From assembly GCA_051362555.1 (NCBI GenBank), contig CM120642.1, positions 16,492,001 to 16,556,000 of the forward strand: a stretch of 64,000 nt of DNA, given 5' to 3'. This document shows, in pieces, positions 25,827 through 36,380 of the stretch; the first letter of the stretch is position 1; every line of letters starts with the position of its first letter. A program made the translations under genes and the position numbers. The notes under the pieces are model-generated. The model was not told the DNA's origin. It searched no databases and was given only the letters and a program-made list of their open reading frames with translations. The DNA comes from Lingula anatina. Its lineage: Eukaryota; Animalia; Brachiopoda.

Positions 25827-26786
25827 GAGTAGAGTAAATTTTTTCTGCCATTCTTCTTCCATTTGGTCTTTGCTTTGCATGTCTTCTGAAATCTAATCTA
25901 ATATTGGTGAAGTGAGACAAAAATATACCGCCGCTAGCAATAAAACAACTGGAATATGTCGCCTTTTGACAAATAACAGGGATATAGGTAAGCTAGTTTT
26001 TGTTTACAAAGATCACCTCACAACTGTAAATCATTTAGAACAGTGTTTTTCATTTCATATACCATGTCTAATACATGTATAACATGACTCGTGGAACAAA
26101 AAATACAAAATACCGCCGAAGATATATTTTATACGATTTATGCACCCCCTCAAATCTGATTTCCAAATTAACACAGGCAAAAAATGTCCCTAAAATTATA
26201 ACTACACTGCCAAATTTACACACACTTAGCAACAGCATGTGCTCGTTAAAGGTCAAGTGTCTAATACTGTGTTACCGCGTATTGCAATTATCTTTTGAAT
26301 TCGGTGCGGCATACCTTTAACAAATGCAATAATTCTTTTTGTGGAAAATTCAACCCAAAAAGCTTGACGGAATTGATCCAGATTGTTGGGAGGTTGAATC
26401 TTTCCTGCATTGGTAACTCCAATTTATGACGCAGTGCTCATTAAGGTTAGAATCAGGGCTCAGGGAAGGTTGCTTCATCCTCAGAACAAAGCGTTTCTGC
26501 AACAAATCAGTCACCGGACGAGAACAGTGAGCAAGTGCGTTGTCGCCATGAGCCTCTGAAAACCTATGTAACTACGATAAAACATCCATATGATATCACG
26601 TTGTAATATTCACTGACTAATTTTTTCATCACAGGCCAGAAATTGGTAAATATATTTACCAATTTCTGGCCTGTGATGAAAAAAGACCCATTATATGCCA
26701 CTTCATGGGGTATTACACACATATTAGTCAGTGAATATTACAACAAGAATAAGTAGCGATATGTGGTTTTATAAAACCACATATCG

Positions 26787-29615
26787 CTACTTATTCTTGT
26801 ATGTCTTCATCCATCCGTCCACTTGCGCTACCACGAGGTGACCTTCCTGGCTTATACACACGTCCAGGGGTCCCCACAGTCCATCCTTGTCTGTCAGCAC
26901 ATCTCGCATGAACTGTCCAGCATGAGACACCTGGTGGATGTTGTTAGCAAGAAAGTCGGAGATAAAAATGGTTCCATTTTCATCCACACAGACACCATCC
27001 GAACTCTTCATGACGCCCTCCCCACCGTATGTGTACTGTAGCTGACCTTCAGGTGTGTAGACACGTATACAGCAGTCATTGGGATCTGACACTATGACGT
27101 CACCACTGGGTGTGGTTGTTATATACTTGGTGCGTTTTACTGGTTTCGCAGAGGTGTCAGTGAATACTCTTATCTGTGTACCATCAGTACGGTATAACAT
27201 TACCTTATCACATGTGTCTGAGTTAGCATCCATCACGACCAAATTACCTTCGTGATTCACTGTAATACGACCGGGTTTGCTGCACTTGAACAATGACTTG
27301 ACAGCACCGTCTGTAGTATATATCCTCACTTCCTGTGTGCTGCCGTCAATAACACTGGCTGCTATTGTACCGTCACGTAGTCCTGTCAGTCCATACAGCC
27401 CCGTAACATTGATCTCGTTCTTGATGACCCCTGTGGAGGAACATATGATGATACGATGCTTGGTTGTATCAGCTGCACACCCCGTCGCCACCACGACATC
27501 ACCACCAGGCATGCTGTCCAGAACTATGGGGAACTCTTCTGGATCCTTTGAACACTGAAGTTGATGTTGTGTGATCAAAGTCGGCGTGATGTCGCCTGTA
27601 ACAACCTCACCCATTGCCTTCTGTATGGCTGTTTCTGCCCAAGTGGTGGTTTGAAATCTTAGCGTGGGCACAGGACAGGTGGGGGAATGTGTCTCCATTA
27701 TTTCCTTCAGCGATGTCTCCCATTCCAAGTGATGTTTAACTAAACTAGAGATAGAAGCGTCGTTCACCATACTCTCGTAAGCTTTGAGTTGTTTTTCGAG
27801 AGATGCTATTTTATTGGCGGTCTGCAACTGAAGTTTTATGTCGAAATATGCTTTGTCCACATCTTCCTTGACTTTTTCAGCACAGCCTTTCACCAGCTTG
27901 TAAAGTTCGTCTTCTCGTGTCTCAACAGCTTGTTTAACTCGTTGTCTTTGCTTGTCCAAGTCGGCTAGCTGTTTCTGTTCTTCTTTTTCTATCAAATATT
28001 TGTTGAGAGTGATATTTTTGATATCATCAATAATTTCGTTCACTTTCAATTTTAAATCCTCGGCCGCTGTTATAGCGTCTTTCCAAGCGTCTGCGTGTCC
28101 TTTGTGTGTATCCACCTTGCATTGCTCGCAGATCAGGGCGTCACATTGGGGACAGTAATATTTAAGATAAAGTGATGGGTGTACCTGACATTTGTCTGTG
28201 AGGACAGGTGTCAAGTCTTTCAGTGTGTGCTCCTTTGAGACCCTTGTCCTCCTATGATAGCCAGCACACGCAGAACACATGCGTTCGTTGCAGTCCACAC
28301 AGACGGAGATAGCAGGGGATTTACTGTCTTCTGGACACACGTCACACAACCCTAGAATTGGAATAAATAACGAGTTTGGTAATGCTTACAAATCTTATAC
28401 GTTGGCAATGTATCAAACTGATGTTACAGTTCAGCTCAGAAAGAATGGGACGTTACCAAAAATAACACTTCTTAACAACTTAACTGGTCACTTTTTATAA
28501 CGTCGCCCCTCTTTTATGAATGGATTGGGTTACTAGAACACTATGCATGTTTGCTCACTGCGTCAACAAACAATAGTATTAAACGAGTGACCATTTTTTC
28601 TACGAAAAAAAGGAAAAAGGCCAAGGGTGATATTGTACTGCTGCGAAGGGCTTATATTGTATTACTTGTTTTGCATAGAGTTTGTGGAAAATCAGCAACC
28701 AAGAGGTCGCAGAAAGGTATTTAGGACATCAACCTGGAAATTGGAAATAAAAGGGAGGCGAGGTATTTGGGCCACTTTAAGAGGATAGTTGGGCAGTATA
28801 CCAAGAAGGGTTGTAAAATGGACACAAACTGGAAGCAGAAAGCGTGGCAGGCCCAAGGGAAGTGGAGGGGAACTATCAAGGAAGAAATGAAGACAAGGCT
28901 AGCCTAGCTGGAAAACCATAGGCACAGCATCAATAGAGAGAGAAAGAGAATTAGACTGGGTTCCCATAAATAGAACGATCTAACAGGATCGATCCATCTC
29001 CGAGAGGGTTCTCGCTAAATTGCTTTCAGCTTAAGCGGCTTAGATGTCTGGCACGCTTACTGAAGCTTTTAGGGGATAATTAACTATTGTTTAGCAGCAT
29101 CAGTAGGCGTGTCAGACATCTAAGCCGCTTAAGCTCAAAGCAATTAAGCGAGAAACCCCGGAGATAGATCAACCCACAGTTAGTACGAGAGGGTCTGGGA
29201 ATGGCCCCTTAGAGGTGTTTGCCTTCTCTGTAAACCCAATCGACGAAGAAGTCTAAGTAAGCAAAGACATCAAAGAATCAAATCACACTGAAATGCAATT
29301 GTTATTAGGCTTACCTATTTCATCAGAACTTGCACTTTGTTTTAAAACATTCACCAGGTAGTCTTGTCCATATTCGTTTAAAAGTTTGAGGAAGCAATCA
29401 AATGCACCATTTTGTTGTGAGTTCATCACGGCATCTAGCAGATGTTTTATGGCGTCTTTTGTCGCTGGTTTACTCTCCACAATCTGGCGATCCCTCTCCT
29501 CAATCACGCCATCTTGGTACAGGTGTTCAACCAGCCCTGTACTCCTCGGGTCTGTCAGGTTGTTGACCAGGTAGACATATTGCTGCCTGATCCTCTTTTT
29601 TTGGTCTTCATTCAT
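26787..29615 (-). CDS. CARD-B-box1-B-box2-coiled-coil-NHL protein (RING-less TRIM-NHL-like), copy 1, 621 aa
   Basis: Exon 29615-29315 (CARD; ATG..GAA ATA G|gtaagc) is spliced in phase 1 to exon 28351-26787 (ttctag|GG TTG TGT GAC). B-boxes CDVC..CVDC..CSAC..H..H and CQVH..CPQC..CEQC..H..H, a heptad-rich coiled coil, and NHL blades (GRITVNHEGNLVV, GDVIVSD..CIRVY, GVCVDENGTIFISD, DVCISQEGHLVV). Confidence 0.9.
28690..29260 (+). mobile_element. Decayed 3' end of an RTE-like LINE in the intron of copy 1, interrupted by a MITE
   Basis: Translates KWTQTGSRKRGRPKGKWRGTIKEEMK, a typical RTE ORF C-terminus, and ends GAAGAAGTCTAAGTAAG. Confidence 0.6.
28991..29170. mobile_element. MITE with ~75-bp imperfect inverted arms
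   Basis: GATC.ATCTCCG..GGTTCTCGCT.AATTGCTTT.AGCTTAAGCGGCTTAGATGTCTG ... CAGACATCTAAGCCGCTTAAGCT.AAAGCAATT.AGCGAGAA.CC.CGGAGAT.GATC. Confidence 0.85.
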
Positions 29616-30910
29616 AGCGAGTCTGAAATTTACATAAAGGACAATTGCATAGCATTTACTTAAAACAGCACACATTTCAGTTGGATAACAAACAACTGAG
29701 AAACAAACATTCGGCGTTTCTACTAGACTCCTTCTGTTATAAAATTGGACAAAGTATTTATTCCAATTTTGTAGTAGTAAGAAGGTCCTCTGGCAGAGAG
29801 TACGGGGTGGACAATTCATTATCAAACACGCTTAGAGGAGCCATTTATGTATATACCAGTGTGTATCCTGAACTTTGGGTTGCTGTTAATGGCGAGTCTC
29901 TGTAGTTGCAGTGGAGAGAGAGAGAGAGAGAGGGGTTTTATCAGAGACGCAGGATGGAGCACATGTACATGAATGAGATATTAAAGTGTATTCTCGCTGT
30001 GTTTTATACTATGGGATGGGATAAAACACACGAATCTCTTCCTTTTCTACTGTACATAACACACTTAAAATAAAAATCGATAAAGCGCTACGTATTCTAC
30101 CTCGACTTGAATATTGCTTGAAATACATTTACCACAGAAGTCGAAAATATATATATGCATGTATGTGGGAACTTTGAAAATCGTAAAAATATATGAGAAG
30201 AAAACTCACCGTCGTTCACTTGATATACGCTAAAACATATAGGCACAAACTCAGTGAATTGACATTTAGTCAAGCCGTTAAATTTCTTTCGGCAGCTTGA
30301 CAAATTGATCCTTACATCAGTTTTGCTCTTTCACTCTCTATGTTACTGCAAAGGGTATTGATATCCTTTATAGGTGTGGCGTATTGCCTTTTGTAATGTC
30401 GTAAACTGATATCGACTTTATTGAATAACAAGGCAACACATGCAGCCTTCAAAGGTACTACAATCTTTAAGCAGAAAATAACTATGTACCCAGCTAACAT
30501 ACATGTAGAACGTTTTGATGACGTTACCACAGGTTTAGACCATCGGAAAACGTTATAAAGAACGTTATTCTAACGTTCAACACCGTCACTAAGTGACTTT
30601 TATTATCATTTTTCCGAGAAACGTTGCCAGCAGCTGATTTCAAATTGGGGTTTGAGTTAATCGGCGACTAGAACCGCGTGGATTTTAAAACCTTTGGACT
30701 GTCGGCACATACCCCATATAACCGACATGTAATGAAAAGTTTAAGCTATTTTACTCAATAAATACACCATATTCTAGTCGTTTTACTTCCACGAAGGATT
30801 CTAAAAATGATGGAATATTTTTTAAAATATTGCATCTACGAATTCAGTAAGTTCAAACTAAGAAAAATGTAACTTACAAGCAGCACGTTAGTGTTTTATT
30901 ATGATTGCAT

Positions 30911-30913
<3 letters not shown>

Positions 30914-30954
<41 letters not shown>

Positions 30955-31972
30955 GATTCTTATATGGCGCCTTACATTCTATCTCAAGGCGCCTTACAAT
31001 AATGGCTAATATACTAAAATCATTTAAAAAATGGAAACCATTCAAAATTTACACTACTAAAAATCATCTTATTAAAATACATATATATATTTAAAAAAAA
31101 AGAAAAAATCTAAGAGATATAGACAGAATTAAAAATGTGGGTCTTTAAAAGAGATTTAAAATTGTCAAAGTCTTCTGTTTTTCTAATAAAATTTGGTAGA
31201 CCATTCCACACTTTTGGGGCGTAGATTATAAAAGCACGATCTCCATAACTTTTGAGGCACCCCTTCTCTAAAACAGAATGTTCTAAAATAAAATCATTCT
31301 CAGTATTAAAACGTGTGGACCGCCGTGGTAAGTTAAAACAGATAAGATCAGATAAATATAATGGTCCTTGTGAATGGATCGCCTTAAAAATAATACAAAG
31401 TATTTTAAAATCAATCCTCTGCTTCACAGGCAGCCAGTGTAATTCTTTCAGAATGGGAGTGATATGGTGTGTACTATTGTACTTAATTTGACAAACCAGT
31501 CTTGCAGCTGAGTTTTGAATAACTTGTAACTTTTTAATCTGATAGTCACAAATACCAAAGAGGAGACTATTGCAGTAATCTAATCTAGATGATATAAATG
31601 CATGTACTAATTTTTCAGTGGTTTTGTTATCTAAAACTTTCCTTATTTTTCCAATGCGCCATAGTGCATAAGATGCTGATTTACACACTTCAGATACACG
31701 CTTGCCCATAGTGCCATTTTCATCGAGGGTAACTCCCAGATCTTTTACAGAACTAGATGGTTTTATAAGAACATCTATGCAAATGTTGGCATTTGCTACA
31801 TTTTTTCTATTTGCCTTGAACCTTGATGTAAACCATATCAACTCAGTCTTACTATCATTTTAAGCCAACATGTTCACTTTCATCCATTCTCGAATCTCTG
31901 CAAGACAAGTCTCCATAGAAGTGATTGTTGCAGACTGGCTGCTCTTGCATGTAATATATACTTGTGTGTCAT
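30914..31972 (-). mobile_element. 5'-truncated L2/CR1-clade LINE with a (TTA)n tail
   Basis: 243-aa ORF 31110-31841 (VKDLGVTLD, SRLDYCNSLL, LHWLPVKQRIDFK, FKSLLKTHIF). Truncated near DTQVY (~31970); (TAA)n at 30914-30953. Confidence 0.93.
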
Positions 31973-32332
31973 GTTCTACCTTCAAAATACAGTATATTTG
32001 AGGATTTTGTTTTCGTTTGGGTTCCCTCTGGTGATCAATTACAAATTTGGTAAATTATCGGTAATTTGTACAGATAGCAAATACCATGTTCAAGGGCGGG
32101 GGTTAGGGAAGAATGCCAGAATAACCCAAATGCAATGCTGTATTGTTAGGTATTTAATCCCGGAGTAATCATCTCGGGTATCTGCCACTAACCCTGATGC
32201 CATCATCTTTTCTTCGAGGTACTGAATATATGAGTTTTCTGTAGTTTGTTGGCTCAGATTAACCCACATCTCGACAAAATCGCCTGCTTCAGCTCATCCC
32301 GTGTAGTCTGTTGGACCTCTTTCCTTCGAGGT

Positions 32333-32648
32333 TGGAGATAAATATGGTTCTACCTTCATCCACACAGACACCGTGTAAACTTTTCGTGTAAACTTTTCCG
32401 TAGCCGACCTTCAGGTGTGTAGACACGTATACAGCAGTCATTGGGATCTGACACTACAGTATGGCATCACCACTGGGTGTGGTTGCTATGTACTCGCCGA
32501 ATTCTACTGGTTTTGCTGAGGTGTCATTGTAGACTGTAATCTGTGTACTGTCAGTACGATATACCATTATCACACACGTGTCTTTGCTAGCATCCATCGC
32601 GAACAGGTGACCCTCGTGGGTCAATGTAATACGACCAGATGTGCTGCC
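32333..32648 (-). pseudogene. Relic of a third NHL paralog (blades only, with indels)
   Basis: Colinear with ~26958-27283 and ~34059-34385 (ACCTTCAGGTGTGTAGACACGTATACAGCAGTCATTGGGATCTGACACTA shared). It has small insertions and a deletion, and no B-box or CARD. Confidence 0.88.
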
Positions 32649-33015
32649 TATTATCTATTCTATTCATACAAAGTGTCTATATAAAAACCGAATGAGAAAG
32701 TTGGGATATCAGTTTATTTGACAAAGAAATACAAACTTACCTTACATAACACATCAAAATATACATGTAACCAAGGAGTCTGTTATAACTCCTTGATGTA
32801 ACTGATGTCTTATTTTCAATAATTTGAAATTAAATTTTCAGACTTCAACTACATTAGCCATACCAATGCTACATAAAAAAGATCAAAGTCAGAGCCTGCG
32901 CGATGCTGAACTTAAGGCCAAAAAGTACATATTCTTCAATAAAGAAAGTCTTACTGTTGACACGGACATTCTGCTGAGGGCTATGGCGCCGTCGATGCTT
33001 AACTTGTAGTGGTAA

Positions 33016-33168
33016 GGCCCCATTCAGAATAGGGTCAAATATGGCTACCCACTGCAAAGCTTGCCGTCTAACCCGCTTTAAGACAATGAATAGATATCCC
33101 GAATAAATATAAGTGGGTCGGTCATATAAGGACCTCGGACTAATTAGTCCCCTATTCTGAATAGGGCC
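33016..33168. mobile_element. PIF/Harbinger-type MITE
   Basis: TIRs GGCCCCATTCAGAATAGGG / CCCTATTCTGAATAGGGCC are flanked by TAA on both sides. Confidence 0.75.
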
Positions 33169-33888
33169 TAAAAGACTAAAAATTTAGAATTCCTTAATTA
33201 ATAACACCTTTTTAAAATAATTGTCATGACCCCTAATTGAAAGAATTGGAATATGTCCTTTTTTGTCAAGACACAGACATATAAATGATAGCTTGTTACA
33301 CTGGTATTGTTATATACTAGCATAAAGTGAGTCATGTAAAAGAAAATGATTACATTAGATTAAAGAATGTTTATTTACAGCGTCAATTATATGTACATAC
33401 ATTTTGGTACAGACATGTACCTCTGCCGTACCAAGATATCAAGAAAGATGGGCTTCATCTTATTATTTCTGCAGCAACTAAGCCAAGATCCACATACAGG
33501 TACACTCTACATAAACTAGTATACAAAAATGCCTCTCGCGTTTCGACGCATTCATATCTCTTAAAAAAGAAACCAGTTCCTGAAGAGACTATCGCTTGGT
33601 CAGTCATGAATGTACGGTTGTCTGATCCGTTTGATGAAGGGTCGGTCGACATGCCTTATAAATTATTTGGTTTAACACAACTGTAGTCTTGATTAGGCAA
33701 CAGTTCTCCTTGATAATATATAATTATACAAATATGATATTTAAGTTCGATTGCCTCCATATGTGATATTCATTTGCTCAGATATGTAAACGTTATCTTT
33801 GATACATGTACATGCTTTTATATCAAAACTTTACCCGAAGTGACATTTTGACCAGAGACCAGGAATTGGTGAACAAAATCATAAATCG

Positions 33889-35459
33889 TTATTTATAATT
33901 GTATGTCTTGATCCATCCGTCCTGTTGAAGTACCACGAAGTGACCTTCCTGGTTGATACACACATCCGTGGGACTACACAGTGCATCCTTGGCTGTCAGC
34001 ACATAGCGTATGAACTGCCCATAAGAAGACACCTGGTGGATGTTATCAGCAAGGAAGTCGGAGATAAATATGGTTCCATCCTCATCCACGCAGGCACCGT
34101 GTGAACATTTCATGACATCCATCCCACCGTACGTGTACTGTAGCTGACCTTCAGGTGTATAGACGCGTATACAGCAGTCATTGGGATCTGACACTATGAT
34201 GTCACCACTGGGTGTGGTTGTTATGTACTTGCTATAGTTTACTGGGTTTGTTGAGGTATCACTGAATGATCTGATCAGTCTTCCGTCTGTACGATATACC
34301 ATTACCTTGTCTGCTTTACGCAAGCTATCATCCATCACGATCAAGTGACCTTCGTGGTTCACTGTAATACGACCAGCTGTGCTGCACTTGAACGATGACT
34401 TGACAACACCGTCTTTAGTATATATCCTCACTTCCTGTGTTTTGCCGTGCCTTACAGTTGCTGCTATTGTACCGTCGCGTAGTCCTGTCAGTCCGAAAAG
34501 ATCCTTCACCTTGATATCCTTCTTGATGTCCCCTGTGGAGGAACAGATAATGATACGACGCTTGGTTTTGTCAGCTTTACACGTAATCCCCACCACGACG
34601 TCACCATCAGGCATGCTGTCCAGAACTATGGGGAACTCCTCTGGATCCTCGGAACGCTGTAGTTGGTGTTGTGTGATCAAAGTCGGCGTGATGTCTCCTA
34701 TAACAACCTCACCCATTGCCTGCTGTATAGTTGTTTCTGCCCAACTGGTGGTCTGAAATCTTAGCGTGGACACAGGATAGGTGGGGGAATGTGTCTCCAA
34801 AGTTTTCTTCAATAAAGTCATCCATTCTGCTTGATGTTTAATTACACTAGAGACGGAAGCATTGTTAATCAAACTTTCGTAAAATTTCAGTTGTTTTTCG
34901 AGGGATTCTATTTTATTGGCTGTTTGCAGTCGACTCTTTACGTCGAAATATGCTTTGTCCACATCTTCTTTGGCCTTTTCAGCACAAGCTTTCGCCAGCT
35001 TGCAAATTTCGTCTTCACGTTTCTCAATAGCATATTTAACGCGTTGCCTTTGCTTGTCCAAGTCGAAAAGCCTTTTCTGTTCTTCTCTTTCTATCACAGA
35101 TTTGTGGAGAATAATATTTTTTATTTTATCCATAATCTCATTCATTTTACATTTCAAATCTTCGGCCACTGTTATAGCGTCTTTCCAAGCGTCGATGTGT
35201 CCTTTGTGTGTGTCCACCATGCATCTCTCACAGATGAAGGCGTCACATTGGGGACAGTAGGATTTAAGATAAAGGGATGGATGTACCTGACATTTTTCTA
35301 AAAGAGAAGATGTTAATTCCTTTAGTGTGTGGCCTTTCAAGACCCTTGTTCTCCTATGACAGCCGGCACACGTAGAACACATGAACTCGTTACAGTCCAA
35401 ACACACGGAGATAGCAGGGGATTTACCGTCTTCTGGACACACGTCACATTGCCCTAAAA

Positions 35460-35494
<35 letters not shown>

Positions 35495-36380
35495 ATATAT
35501 CATACCCTTGTTAATGCTAACAAATCTTACATGTTAGCAATGTAAATCAATAAATTTGAATAAACAGTGACTTTGCGTATGCTTCCAATTCAATTTGCAA
35601 TGAACAAGACCAAATTTTTATTCAATCATAGGTGATACTGACAAAATAACAATGGGAGCAAAATAAAATGTTGTCGTTATTCTGGATTATTGGTTCGTTA
35701 TCTTGACACTGTGATCCGATTTTCCCCCGTTTGTCCTAAATGCATACTAGCACGAGTAATCATTGTTTTATTTCAATTTCAATGAAAAAGGGAAATAGGC
35801 GATATTCTAACTGACAAAATGAATTCATTTTATTTCATCTGTCATTTCACGTGCAGTCTATGAAAATTTGAAAAGAAACTTATCGCTTATATTAGTATTT
35901 TTATGTTGAATTTGTAATGTCTCGAAACGGACAGTTTATTTAAACCAAGAGGGATCCTACAATATGCACATGGATTTTTCACAGTTAAGAATATATGATG
36001 TCTCACTAACAGGGACGTTAACTCATCAATTAATAAAGTCTCACCTAATCACCGAAATACAATTGTTAAGTATTTTTACCTGCTCCATCAGAACTGGCAC
36101 TTTGTCTTAAAACATTGGCAAGGTATTCTTGCCCATAGTCGTCTAAAAGTTTGACAAAACATTCAAATGCATCCTGATGCGGTGAGTTCATCACGGCATC
36201 TAGCAGATGTTTGATGGCGTCTTTTGTCGCTGGTTTATTCTCCACGATCTGGCGATCCCTCTCCTCAATGACGCCATCTTGGTACAGGTGTTCAACCAGC
36301 CCTGTACTCCTCGGGTCTGTCAGGTTCTTGACCAGGTAGACATATTGCTGCCTGATCCTCTTCTTTTGGTCTTCATTCAT
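33889..36380 (-). CDS. CARD-B-box1-B-box2-coiled-coil-NHL protein (RING-less TRIM-NHL-like), copy 2, 621 aa
   Basis: Exon 36380-36080 (CARD; ..GGA GCA G|gtaaaa) is spliced in phase 1 to exon 35453-33889 (ttttag|GG CAA TGT GAC GTG). Exon lengths and domain order are the same as in copy 1. Confidence 0.9.

Noticed and set aside
29616-29825. N-terminal extensions of the CARD ORFs (also 36381-36506)
   Set aside because: Not conserved between the copies and they run through splice acceptors: intronic read-through.
34379-35301. Plus-strand ORFs of 114-156 aa (similar ones lie opposite FUT and the GPCR)
   Set aside because: Antisense shadows of real coding exons.
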